Below, piece by piece: positions 38,201-51,181 of a stretch of 64,000 bases of DNA (position 1 is its first letter; each line of letters starts with the position of its first letter). The notes under the pieces are model-generated. The model had not been told where the DNA came from, searched no databases, and saw only the letters and a program-made list of their open reading frames with translations. The position numbers and the translations under genes are program-made. This DNA is from Phoronis australis. Taxonomy: Eukaryota; Animalia; Phoronida. The DNA is taken from positions 1 to 64,000 of the forward strand of contig NMRA01000248.1 of assembly GCA_002633005.1 (NCBI GenBank), read 5' to 3'.

Positions 38201-39384
38201 ACACAAACATTTTTACACTGCTTTTTTTTCGAAATTGAATCAATGCTGTCTTCAGCGTTTAGCTTTTAAGTCATAAGGTTGCTACTTAGGATTGGTTTAT
38301 CATTTCATTGTCTCTTCAGCTATAGCACATTTTGTATACTGTATTCAGGCGTCAGCTAGCCCGGTTTTACGAAAACGTTAATTCACCTATTAAAGCGAGA
38401 AACAGACAGATTTAAATTCTAAACTTTGTTGTTTCTCGTATTGATACAGGTAGCAGCCATCGTGACCGAGAAAGTATTGTACTTGGAGTCATTAAAATTA
38501 ATGGCTCGTTGGAACATTATTACGATGGTCCCGCTGAATCACGCGGTCCGGACCGGGGAAGCCGGTGATTTGTTTATAACTGGGTCCGATCCGACAGTCT
38601 GTCCACACGCACCATGTGTCCATCTGATTCAAAGATTTTGGACTTGATGATGGAGTCTCTCATGCAACGTAGCCACTTCCGCAAAAATGAAAAATGTCGG
38701 TGAATGTCAACATTGGTGTTATTCTAGTTTTTAAAGTTTTTGTGTGGAGGTAAAGATGAGTATCGGTTTCAAATGGTGGTGACAGAAGACGCCGCACTGC
38801 TGAAATGCGAAAGGGGCAGGCGGAAAAGGGTGAGTTCGCGCAAGAAATATTTGTTTGTCCTACAAGGACGTTTTTACTGCGCATGCTCAGAACCACGTTT
38901 CCTATGATGAGTCCAATCGGGTGTCCCGCACATGGCTAAATGCACACAGGATTGGACCAAGTTACACTTCGAGAATGGTTTGAATTCACCATTTTCGATC
39001 GGATTCGACGGATCCGGGTCTGGCGAATTCAAATGTGGCCCCAAACTATTTTTGATAAGAAGCAATGTTAGATTTGGTGGCAAAGTCATGTTACAAGAAG
39101 GCATCCATATTCAAAGTATTTGTAATGATCCTCCCATGAAACGTGGGCGACGGGGTACCAAACTAAAATATGTACTGTTGCTATGGGAACTAGGTATTTG
39201 CCAACCGAATTGAGCAATTTTATGACTTTATTCAAAGTTGAGGAACAAAAGTGGTATTAGAAGCGGGGAACCATGTCCAGAATACTTGGAGTGGCCTTTT
39301 GTTGAAACTTAGAGGGTTTTGGTAAGCTGAAGTGTGTGTCGTTACCGTGGTAACCGTGTATATTGCCGGCCAAGATCACCAATG

Positions 39385-39935
39385 TTTAAAAAAGACAGTG
39401 CAGGTGGTCTGATGTCATTTACTGTGCATCAGACGTGCGCAAGCCTCATGGTTGGGCCCATTGCACAAAACACCTGAGCAAAAGCACGAAAGCCCAATTA
39501 TGGCTCCTCGTGAAGAAAGTTTTCAAGTCTGCCAGTCTCCTTTAGGAAAACAGACAGACGTTTCCATTTGTTGCCATGCACTATATGTTGTAGGCATGTA
39601 ACAGTGCCATCCAGTAGGTTGCTCCTTAGCCTATGAAAAGGTGGGCAAGACTCTACCAGGTGTTTAGGAGATTCTACGTCAGTACCACACTCAGGACACA
39701 CAGGACTCCCCATATGCCAAGTAATGTGTCTGTGTCGGGCTGGGTTGCAGTGACCCGTCAAAATTTGAATGACGTGTCTTATACCCAATCTATCTAGACT
39801 CAGAAGGCTTTTTGAACCTTTTGGTTCGATCACGTTGGGAAAATTATCCTTGGTCTCTCTGCAGGAGTTAAGTGATGCCCACTAGGCTGCTGACTGGGTA
39901 TGTACCCAGTTGCGTATACTCATCCTGCAACACCG
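39385..39935 (-). mobile_element. 5'-truncated non-LTR retrotransposon 3' end (LOA/R1/I-group-like)
   Basis: ORF 39498-39833 contains ILTGH...CPECGTDVESPKHLVESCP, the C-terminal CCHC motif of LINE ORF2; short 3' UTR follows. Limits approximate. Confidence 0.8.
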
Positions 39936-42900
39936 ATGTTTGGCTTACTGACAGTCATGAGAAAAGCAGGCAACTATGCTTTAAGTACTTTAATGACCCT
40001 CTCTAGATACTCTGAGGAGTTGCCAAACTTATACCGTATCCACGGTTAACAGCATATTAAGCTGCGCATGCTTCATACCGACGAAATTTTGAAAAAAAAT
40101 ATTGGCATGTTTTGCATGTTTGCTTTACTGAAGATAAAAAACTAGAAGGACCATTTTGATAATCCAAAAATGATGCTCTGAGCAACTTAAGTACACACGA
40201 CACGGAAACAGCCTTTTAAAACGTAAAGGCTACATACAGCTGATGCAATAGAGTTGATTTACAGGAATCAACCACTAAAGCTAACTACTTGGGTAGTATA
40301 TCAAAACCAGCACAATTTTGAAAATCCAAAAATGGTTGCCATGGAAATTAATGCAAATAAAACAGTCAACTGCTTTTTAAAACTGCGTAAAACAGATGCA
40401 GCAAAATGAATTAAACAGAACGAATACGTATGGCTTTATCAAACGTACATCGTAATTAATACTAGTGGCTGTGGGAAAATTTTATAAATACATCAAAGGT
40501 TGTCATGACTTCGGGTAGGCATACTCATAACAAACGTGTTCTCAGTGTTTTTTGAATAAAAGCATGTGGTTCTTTGGATTAGTTTTTGGAGCAAAGCTTA
40601 CATCTTACCAAGATAAATGTATTCTATTATCAAAAGACCTTCATCATTTGTTCGTATGCGTACAATTAGTGTTATTGCATACGCAGTTTAGATGGTAATA
40701 AAATCCGTCATTTCTCCACGTAACATTAAAAATATATAGATATAACTCTGTAGCACATGTTCAAAATGGTTTAAATGTCAAAAAAACATTTTCCATCTTC
40801 GCCTACTGCAGTTTCCAAACCCAATTGCCTTTCACTTTTTTCTTAAAAATTAGCCATCTAATCTGTACTCTATTTAAAAAGTATAATTAGATTTTTGATA
40901 CTTTGTTTTCCGTGATTTGGCAATTTCGTTGTCATAAAGCATAATTTCACTTTTAGGTGAGAATATGGTAACACGTACTTCTAAGCGTAAATAAAAGCCA
41001 AGGCTCACAAAATACTAATGTGCGAGATTGAATTGGAAGATTTGTAATTCTACTGATTTGACATCTGTTGTTTATGGAAAGCCAAACTGGAAAAATCCAA
41101 GAGACATATTTTCTATGTAAAATTAAAAAATAGGCCAAAATATTAGTTTTCCTCTGAAGAACCAAAAATTCACCAAAACCAGAATCTTCACTTTCATACT
41201 GTCAACTTATTGATAATGTTTCACTTAGGCAACTTTTGTGTCAAGTTGGTGAGTCATGAGAAACAATTCACTATTTGAGGTAGACAGGCATTATGAGGCT
41301 GACAACAACTTGTGAATACAGCGAATTCAGGAAATGAAATTTACTGACACACCCTAATGCGAATGTGTGAGAGCTACACCGACCACTTCCCGTTCCCGAA
41401 TTTTGAGTAAATAAAGACACAGCTCTATATTTAATACTGCAAAGTTGAACTAAAACAGGGACATAAACATTTCTGTTCGTGTGCAATCAAATTTACAAAT
41501 TCAAACAAATATTCGTATAAGTCGCAAGTGACCCACACGGAAGTTGCTCTCTCCATATGACCTTGCTTTTCAGTGAGTAGTGTGAACCAATTTATCACGC
41601 ATTGAACAATGAGTGTGGAGCCTACTTAATGATATAAAGCGGTCAATTTAGCTACCTCATTATCACAAACCAAGTATAAAGAAAAAAATCCAAACTTAAA
41701 ACACTTGTAACTTTGTTAATTGGGAGATTTGAACCCCACAAATAGTGATCATTACAGTTTAGATACTTTTGAGAATGAGGACCTTTTGCTAACATTCACG
41801 GTGTAGATTCAGAGTTATTAATTGTGTATTCGCCGAATTTTGGCAGTTCCTGCCTTTTTAGTAGACTTTTGTCTAGTTTTCTACTTTTGCGGAGGTTTTC
41901 TTTCCTGAGGGGGACATTTTTNTTTTGTCTCTTTTTCTTGGACTTCTTGGGGCTCATTCGAGCCCCCTCCTCGAGCCCCCCTGGGTGAGCGCATGTTAAG
42001 ACGACATTAAGTTTTGGCTGGCTGACTATAGATATTGTCTCAAACAACTTCTCTTACTCCTGGATAAATAAGAACAATATTTTTTCTTTGAAAAGAAGGT
42101 TGGGACAAACTAACACACTGGCTGTGACCTTCCTGGAACGACCATTATATTTATTGTACTGCGGTTTATAGCCAAGTGCCCTTAAACAGTATACATCCCG
42201 GCTCAGAGCAATATCCGGGACAAAGATTTCAGAACATACGCAAAAGGACCAAGATTAAGAAATGCACGCTTTCGCGTTGCAGCGAAGACAAGAACTGGGT
42301 CAAATCTATCGACCGAGAAATCATGCGAACTTTGGAAAATCGGGTCACAGCTGACGGGTTGCCTGGCGGCCGTTTTTATTTCCGTCATGCATGGCTGCAT
42401 AACATGCAAATGTCACTAAACAACTAATAATGTGTTCTAAAGCAATGTGATTTTTTGCGGCAGTTGAAGATTTTGGAGTTAAAGTTTTCTAAGCCGGTAA
42501 AAATGCAAGAGCCCGAAACGCGAACAGAACACGGGCTAGTCTGATTTATGAATTTCTCCTGAGAATATTATCGCGTGGTTAGTGAAAGTATAGTATCAAA
42601 AGTTGAAAGGTAGATGTAGCGACATATGGGCAGATGGATGATTAACAAATTTGAAAGAATAATAGGTGCAACAGCTTGTGGTTTCGTGCCTTAGTCCTGC
42701 TCTGAATTGGACATCTCGGATACTTGCGGGTGATTTGGCGAGATCTGCCTCGACTTCTATCCCATCCGAGGCGCACCGAAGTTCGTACAGAGCACTCGAC
42801 TGCTTTACTAAAAACATGCTATAAGATGTTAATGGAAGTGCTAATCATCTTGTGTGATTACTCCACCTGTACAGTAGTAATCTGTCTGCACTGGATTGGC

Positions 42901-43321
42901 ACAGGTAACCTACTGCTACAATCCTGGCCCCGGCCTCTGCTGGGAGAATAATGGTGTTGACTATTTTAACCAAGTGCGTGTACACGATGATACAAGGACG
43001 CTGTTTCTATAACACATTCTTATTACCGTCACACAAATACTGTTGAAACAGTGGCAACATTAAAAACCAGTCGGTAGTAAATAAACAGGCAAGGCACAAC
43101 GCTGACTGCACAGGCTATTTAACCTATCGTATGTGGGGATTTCTAAACTAATGTAGTGGGAACGTAACAGCAGTGAGCAAGTCAAGTATTTCAGAGGTCA
43201 ACAGTGATTTTTTTGTGACTCAAGTAAAGGTCAAACTTTCTGTTGCTAAATGAATTTCACTGAATTGAATCGACGACAAAAATTCATGTATACCTATATA
43301 TCCTTCTAATGCATCTGTGGG

Positions 43322-44022
43322 AGATTGTCACCCACCTTTACAGCTCATCATATTATGTAACTTTTGTATTTATCGATATCTGTCGTAGTTTAGTTTGCCA
43401 TAATATTTATGACTTTTTATCTCACCTACACGTTTTGTTTCACTGTAAACCAGCTTCGGTGTCTCTTCGCAGTTAGCGCATACAAATATTATTTAAATAT
43501 TAAATTATTTTATGTACGCTATACTACTTCGTCCTCATTATCATACTGTTTGGATTTTCGGGTCAGTGACCCTCTTTGTTCTACGATTATTGGTTTAGTT
43601 GTACCACGTGATCTCTGTCTTGTCGCAACACTGGGCCATCGTCCACAACTATCTTCAAGTTTCAAGTTGTCAGTCAATTTCTATTTCCCTCTCTCCCTCA
43701 AACCAATTTTCTTTCCTTCCCTTTACACTTAATTTTTCATGTCGCTGTCCGGTGTTGCTGTGTTGCTTCCGCTTATTGTTACTTATCTTTCTAGTTCAAC
43801 ACGTGTGTATACATTCATTGCTTCATTGGACCTCCCATACTGCTGTTTGTCCGGCAGATTGTCACCCACCTTTACAGCTCAACATATTGTATAACTTTTG
43901 TATTTATCGATATCTGTAGTAGTTTAGTTTGTCATAATATATATGACCTTTCATCTCTCCTACACGTGTTGTTTAACTGTAAACTAGCTTCGCTATCGCT
44001 TCGCAGTTAGCGCTTAAAAATA
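43322..44022. repeat. Diverged direct repeat pair (~167 bp)
   Basis: 43322-43488 and 43856-44022 both start AGATTGTCACCCACCTTTACAGCTCA; roughly 85% identical by eye. Confidence 0.85.
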
Positions 44023-44139
44023 CCCATACATGTAAATATACATACATTTACATAGTTCACTTTTTAAAATTCTGCTTCCAGCCTCGAGTGTACGTCTTTG
44101 ATTGTTTTACCGTAATAGCAATATGTACACTCATTTTTT

Positions 44140-44500
44140 AAATTTTTTGATTGTAATATTTAAAATGAGGGTGGCCTCTTCAGTGAAACTGCTTTCCAAG
44201 AGGGCCCTCAGTATCAACATAATCATCAATCATATTATATCCCATTCCCCAAATTCTTACATTTTTGTCCACTTATGAAGTTTGTTCAATTTAGAAGCAC
44301 TTAAATCCTTTTTGAACATCCAAGTTAACCTTTTCACATCTTTAAAGATTGAGTATATTTTTTTAAAAGTTACCACAACCAGTCAACAACCTCTGTGAAA
44401 TATAAAATCGTTAAACTCGCAAACCATTTTCATTAAAGAGCACAAATCCATTTTAACTTCAATATTGAGGTATTTTTCCTGTATCATTGAAAACGATTGT
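44140..44500 (-). mobile_element. Possible L1/Tx1-like LINE 3' fragment
   Basis: Degenerate minus-strand reading ends ...KLNKLHKWTKM, followed by a GC-rich hairpin-like 3' UTR (44168-44209) and an A-rich tail. Confidence 0.35.
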
Positions 44501-44713
44501 GTTACCCTTTCTTCAAGTCCATACAGGTATATCCGGGTACCTGCATTCTCCTCACCCAGTTTCCCAACGGATATTCCCCTGCTCCAATTGTTCTCAGGTA
44601 TAAGCTACCACTGGTTCTCATGCCAATGTCTTTATGTTCACCTGTCCTGACGTTGAACCGGCTCAAAGTTCTGGACCCCAATAGTCCTTGTTTCCAAAGC
44701 TCGATACTAACTA

Positions 44714-45711
44714 AACACCTCAACAAAAGTTTGGAAATTTGTGTTTACTCATCCGTGTTTTCATTACTTTTGGTTGGAATATTTGCATACCAATGGAACG
44801 CTCAGTCAGTTCTCTTTCCAACAACACCATATTTTGTCAATAAATTTTTGATTTTTGATATGCTCAGTAAATTTACTGCCACAGAGGGCTTGGTCTCAAA
44901 GTGAATGTTACAAATTTCTCTGTTTTTGTCAAGCTCTGTCAACACCTGTATTGTGCTGGTGATTAACACCGAGAGGTAAATACCAAAATTGTGAGACACT
45001 GATTGATAGCATGGAACCCATTCTGGTAGCAGGCTCAGTATAAATCGCAACTATGCAAACTGTGCTTGGAGTGCCCAGCTTGCAGCTTTCTTCAGATGTA
45101 AAAATCTGGTGTTCTGGCTACAAATGGAATGACCCGCATGCAGTCCAGACATGAACCCTATCGAACACCTGTGGGACCAACTCGGACATGCTGTAGTACG
45201 TGCGTGAGTGTCCAACACAACCACTTTGGCTGATTTGCTTACTCAGGAGTGGAATGCCATCACACGGCAACGCGTGGCCAGGCTAGTAAAGATGTACACT
45301 GAAGTGACTGCCAATGGTTCGTCAACCCTATACTGAGAAGACTATCACTGTTGTCTATCAGTCAAATTATCACTACAGTCTACCAGTCTGTTGTTCAACA
45401 AATAATTAATGTTTAAGTGCTTCCAAACTGTTATAAGTTTTTATTACCACGAAACCAGCTTATTGGAAAGCTGAATGGTCAAACTTGAATACACATTTAG
45501 CTAAAACTGAATTTGCAACATTTACTTTGAGACCAAGCCCTCTTTGGCGACTAAGTTACTAAACATAATAAATATTTTTAGACGAAATGTGGTATCGTCG
45601 GAAAGGGTAATGACCGGGCTTTTCATTGGTATGCAATAAGATTTAATTAAAGTTAAAATAATAAAAACACGGGCGAGTGAACACAAATTTCCAAACTTTT
45701 GTTGAATTGTT
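44714..45711 (+). mobile_element. Tc1/mariner deletion derivative with ~210-bp TIRs
   Basis: TA flanks; TIRs ~44714-44925 and ~45510-45711 (TCAACAAAAGTTTGGAAATTTGTGTT outer, GAGGGCTTGGTCTCAAAGT inner); transposase C-terminal remnant PACSPDMNPIEHLWDQL at ~45133-45183. Confidence 0.9.
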
Positions 45712-46604
45712 TAGTTCCATTAATATAATTTGTGTGTCATTCCTAGTTTCTTTATAACGGCGTGTCGATTAAGTCTTTCATATTTAGTATGGCAGGACAT
45801 TGACGTAGCATGTTTCCCTTGTATGGAAAATGTGACCTTTGACCTCTGATGTAAAAATAACATTGGCGATTTCAAGCAGCAGTCAGTCCGACTTCTTTGA
45901 GCGCATGCGCAAATATATTATTAAGAGCAGAGAATTTGAAAACTGTACTGGGATGAAAGAGTTAAATATTTCATCTGTGTTTCAGAAATAGTGAATCTCA
46001 CATTCTTTTCTAAAAATTCTTGCAGTATTCAAAGTGAACAACTCACGTTTGCATCCCCAAGAATTAGATTCGCTAGGACCTGCTTAAAACGCTTTTTTAG
46101 TTTTCCGCGTTACATGTATCTTTAAACTACCACTGTAGTGTCTTTCTTGGCAGTTTCAATTGCGAAACCCCATAGAAGACTTAATGAAAATAGAATCTTC
46201 TCACGCGTATTGAACCACTGATCATTTCGAATAAACGCAGTACGTATTACGCATTTTCATTTTACCAATTACGGACAAAAGGAAACATTTTATTGAGAAA
46301 CGACTAATGCATTCTGGATTACGTACTAATGGAACCAGTTAGGAGACCAAATGTATCAAAGGAGAAATGAGACGGAATTGCACACAGAGGCAGATGTGTC
46401 TGGTATGGTCCGGGATAGCTCGAAAATCTTGTAAACTTGGGCCGACAAAGCATAGTTTCCGGTCATGTCAAGTTAACTTTAGAGCGCAATTAGTTTCATG
46501 CCTCGGCCATTCTACTCGTCGCTGTGCACGCGATGCTGTGATTTTAACCGTTAGGTCGTTTAATATCCTATGATAGATAGATCTAAATGAGATCAATTTT
46601 TAAA

Positions 46605-47522
46605 TAAATTCCGTGAGCGAGATGCTTTGGGGTTTCTTCCGAGCCCAACCCAGCCTCTTTTTCGGCAAAGAGAATTTAATGGACTTGTTTTGTGGTACCT
46701 CGAATGTTGAACAAGCTCACTGGGATGTCCTTTTTGGTTTTAGGAGAGCCTAATCTAGACTTATTTGATCTGTCATGGGTCATCCAGTGCTGAGTGTGGC
46801 ATGACTAGTCGTTTTAAATAAATTCTTTCTCGTACCTTCAATAAAGAATATAGGTCAAAATGTCAAGTGAATTCCATTGGTGAGGTATTTGCTAGTTTTT
46901 CCCGAGTCCAACTCAGAATGATTTTCCTGTCATTTGCCATTTGGAGGCGAGCGGCATGTAGAAAATTATATGGACTTGTTTCGTGTGGTACCCCGAATGT
47001 TTGAGTTAGCTCAGTTTTCGTTTTTTTTTTGATTTCTGGCAGTTTTTGTTTCATGGGTCATTCGATGGTCACAGTGGCACGATCACTAAATCAGCGTTGG
47101 CCGGTACCTCGAATATCTAATATAGCTCGCGTTTTCAACAGCATTCCGTGAGTGAACTTAGGAATTTCTAGTGAGACCAACCCAGCGTTTGCTTTGTCTG
47201 TCATAGGCCATGTAGTGATCAGTGGTGTGGACTGAATCATATGGAATATTTTTTGTGGTACCTCGAATGTTTGAGCTAGTTCATTTTTAAGCAGTCATTT
47301 TTGGGTTTCTGGTGGGCCCTTTCTACCATTGGCCATTCGATGCCCAATGTGGCATTTTAAATCAGTTTTGGCTGGTACCTCGAATATATAGTATTGCTCA
47401 CACTTTCAGCATCAATTCATGGGTGACATTTTAGGAGTTTTTGGTTGTATTTTATCTGCCATGAAGCATTTAGTGACAAGTGGCGTGTACTGGATCATGT
47501 GGTTATTGTGTTACATCGAATG
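46605..47522. repeat. Degenerate tandem array, ~270-290-bp unit, ~3 copies
   Basis: Recurring GGTACCTCGAAT core at ~46694, 46987, 47103, 47257 and 47374, with shared flanking blocks. Confidence 0.7.
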
Positions 47523-47524
47523 CT

Positions 47525-47579
47525 CATGGGAGGGGGGAGGGGCTATAGCCCCACTTTTTTCAGTACTGTGCCGTCCATG
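47525..47579. mobile_element. Mini-MITE with CATGG termini and 5-bp TSD
   Basis: CATGGG...CCATG flanked by ATGCT on both sides; shares the GGGGCTATAG-CCC core with 50274-50344. Confidence 0.7.
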
Positions 47580-48545
47580 ATGCTATCCGTTAAAATGTCA
47601 ATGCAAAGCTCAAGTTGTGTTGTAACGAGTGGATGAGCACATATACTGTGAAGATATATATCCGGGTTTTTATAGAGAGCAGTGCTGCAGTTACTTTAAG
47701 CTGTGTTTTGTTAAATAATACTCGCCTTGCAATTACCTTTGTCATATGACGTCAGACAAAGATTCCATAGAAGGAATGAATCACTGGCACATAAATACTA
47801 CAAAAGTTAACCGTAACCAACGTGAATGAAAAAGAAGGTTGACGACCTCTTTATTATTATCACCATCACCTCCGTAACTGGTAATTACTGAGAAAATTTG
47901 CGCAAATCATTTACAGGCAGTGGCGTGGTAATATGTACATGATTAAATTTTTTATTTGGCAATCGTGAATTGGAGCGTAAGACCAAATTTCTTTCTTAGT
48001 CTTAAGTCACAATTGATGAAACAGATTGCAGGACTTCTAAAAGACGTAGTAGGTTTGCTGTTCTCGTTCTATGCCAGAGTGCATGGGTTGTTTCAAATAT
48101 AGATATGCCATGATACTGCGTGTGGATGGGAATTGATGATTAAATCCAGTAAGTTACTTATTATTTAGCAGCTCCTAAGTAACACATGCGATACCTTATT
48201 GTTAATTTGGTACACTATCAGAAATGAAGTGTATCGACGCTAGCACCCTCTGTAGGGATAACTTCAATTAAATCACGATTGGTATCCCTAGGTAGTACTG
48301 GACATTTAGGCTGCAGCCACGGGCATTTTCTAGTCCTAGAAACCGGGTGCAATTTCAGGAAGCTGTCAAGNATCTTTGATCTTACGGGAGTGCCAATGTT
48401 CCTCTCTGGATAAAACTCGAGTATTGCCCATGTTGACGGTTTGGCCAGATGAAACTAAGTGGTCACCTACAGCAGTGGGTCCGTCGTGTGTTCTATATCA
48501 GATCCAGTATGACCAGGGTCGTCTTCATGTATACATCGGTGAATC

Positions 48546-48699
48546 CAGTGGCGGATTTAGAGAGGAGGCCAAGGGGCCATGACCCCTTAAAATTCCCCTA
48601 GATTCCATTTGGCAGTTCGAATCGGGGGTGCGAATGTCTGACGGGCAAGGCTAATACTCTGCCCTGCCTCCCCAACTCAAAATCCTGGATCCGCCCCTG
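48546..48699. mobile_element. MITE with CAG termini and 5-bp TSD
   Basis: CAGTGGCGGAT...ATCCGCCCCTG flanked by GAATC on both sides; partial copy at ~27753. Confidence 0.8.
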
Positions 48700-49503
48700 G
48701 AATCCCTCACACCTTTTTGTTTTAGTCCTCGTTTTTTGATAGTAAAAGGTCCACGTTGTAAAAAATTCGAGCCCTCCTGTATTCTAGGCTGAGTGCGCGC
48801 ATGCAGGTTTGGCAGAAAATTTTCACTTGCGATACCTGTTCATATGAGGTCATTTCATGTGAAGATGTAGTATGCTAACCAAGAATGATATTAACCAAAG
48901 AAGTATATAAAAATGAGTGATGAGGCGCATCCGAGACACAGAAGATAGCTCTCGTCAGGCCGATGTCGTAATGACTAAAACTCGCACATTCAAACACTGC
49001 TAATGTCAGTGTCGTGAATAAACTGTAATTTATCAGAAAAAATCACTATGTTACTCATCTTGCAAAGTTATAGAAGTGGACGATAAATTAGGTAGGCCCA
49101 CGCAGTGTCACAGTGATTACTTCGAGCAACGCGCGTGCTGGGTTGGACTAGACAGGTCAATGACTGCAATATATCCAACTAACTGCAGGAAGTGATCACT
49201 TTGTGCAGGACACGAATAAGATAGCATGCGTTGGTTTTTGGATTATGTTGTAAATGCCAGACTCCAGCTCACGAGACTGTCTTTGACGACCACGAGTCGG
49301 CTCACCAAGGACTGCTGAAGAACAAGTAATGGAAATCGACATTAAAAATATAGTACCTCAAAAAGAACCTTTTATATCGAGTTTGAGAACTACATTTTCA
49401 AGGATACGTTGACATACTTTACAAATTCTTTATTGTATTTGCACTCCCTAAAAACCAGGATGTTGTAGGCTAGCGACGAATTACTGAAAAAGTTGCCTGA
49501 GAG

Positions 49504-49506
<3 letters not shown>

Positions 49507-49562
<56 letters not shown>
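49507..49562. repeat. (GA)n microsatellite
   Basis: Perfect GA dinucleotide run. Confidence 0.98.
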
Positions 49563-49566
<4 letters not shown>

Positions 49567-49621
49567 TGTTTAACACAGTTTGGGGTTGGGGCAACAATAT
49601 ATGTCGGTGTTCATTGCACAG

Positions 49622-49789
49622 ATTGTTGCACCCGAAATATATTGTCTTCCGGTCTTGACCCGAAAATCGTCACCAGTTTCACTCCTCGCCATACCCAGTC
49701 GACACCTGTTATTTCTCCACCTGCACCCCTTGAGGCTGGGCCAACAGGAAGCTGGACAGAAAGAACAAACAGCGCTACCATCGGAATAG
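49622..49789 (+). CDS. Candidate internal exon (Cys-Cys then Pro/Ser/Thr-rich linker)
   Basis: Acceptor TTGCACAG| and donor AG|GTAAGA; 168 nt, open in phase 1-1: CCTRNILSSGLDPKIVTSFTPRHTQSTPVISPPAPLEAGPTGSWTERTNSATIGI. Confidence 0.55.
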   Translation: MVAPEIYCLPVLTRKSSPVSLLAIPSRHLLFLHLHPLRLGQQEAGQKEQTALPSE

Positions 49790-50273
49790 GTAAGAACTAA
49801 CTAGGAGTTGGATATGAAGCATGAAGGGCTGTAGGATGGTATTAGCCCAAATAATAGGATTTATGTCAGAGTGCCATAAATCTCATTAATTGCACATCTA
49901 GTATTGCTCTATTATAATTGTTCGTGTTGTTGTTGTACTTATTTTTGTGCAACACACATTTGAATTGTCTCCAGGTGAAATAACACTGATATTGATTATA
50001 GGAATTAGCTCGATCAGGTGCATGATTGACGACAATAATAATATGATAAAAGCTAGTTGCCCTTTTTTATGAGGATCTGCATTCTGATAACTGGCCATAC
50101 CCAATTTCGCAATTAACCTCGAACACAAAACCATTTGACATGGATAATTTGCCTTTGAAATTTGAGAATTGTGATTCAGTAGCACCCAGTGTGGTCACGG
50201 TCATTTTATGCCACAAGCATGACATGCAACTATCAGCTGTCGGTTCATCACATGTTGAGAAACCACTATATAT

Positions 50274-50344
50274 CATGGGCGGCGCAGAACTGAAAAAAAG
50301 TGGGGCTATAGTCCCCCCCAGCCCCATATGGTGCGCCGCCCATG
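50274..50344. mobile_element. Mini-MITE, TIR CATGGGCGGCGCA
   Basis: Perfect 13-bp TIR inserted in a TATAT duplication. Confidence 0.8.
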
Positions 50345-51181
50345 TATATATTTGAGTAAAACACTTGTCGGTTGCAGTTTGATTGCGCCAAGTGTTATAA
50401 ATCAAACACCAAGGTAGGCATTTTAACAGTTATGCAAATCTTTGTTACGCCTGAGTTTAGAACGCGAGCAAACATCCCCAGCTCGTAAATCATTCTCTAG
50501 GGTGGCGCCAGCGATCACGCAAAGCAGATGGGAAAAATTTTGGAGTTCACTGTGGGAAGAGACCTGGTGGTCGCCGCCATTTTATTAGCAAAATAGTTGC
50601 TGGGAAAATGTTTGGTGTTTGGAGGAGATTCCCAACAACGTGTGTGGGTGTGATAATCAGAGCGATCATTGATGTATATTTATTGTCTAATAAGGGAAAA
50701 GCAACATGAGTGAACAAATATACAACCTACCCAGCTTAAGACATATGCATTTAGAAAGGTTGCAGCCTGCGTATGCGCGCTCACAAGCGAGCAAATTATT
50801 CCTTGACAGCGGTATTTCAAATAAATGCACGTGGGCCTAATACGCGCGGTTAAGTCTACAGTGAAGAAATTCTCGAAGATTCACAGTTAAGGCTACGGAA
50901 TAAACATGTGTTTGACATATGATAACGAAGGTCGCCAAATGAAAACTGAGGTCGCCGGAAGTCGCCGACTAAAAAGAAAACGTCGTGCCGTTGTCAGCAT
51001 TATTAAAAGAATAACCGCATCTCTTCCATCTATTACGTATTCAATCTCTAACTAAATTCCTCTAACCAACGTAGAACGCAGACAATCGGAAACACTGGAG
51101 GCGTATGTTTGGTGGTCCGACCTTGCCCAGTTTTTGCCGAACAATTCTGACTTCCGTCTGTTTACGTCCTTTGTAATTTAA

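Noticed and set aside
42182-42450. Third Kolobok-like element (TTAA-ACAGTATACA left end, vague THAP-like reading)
   Set aside because: No matching right end found and the THAP motif is unconvincing.
46605-47522. CRISPR-like array
   Set aside because: Eukaryotic context, long degenerate units with similar spacers, and no cas genes.
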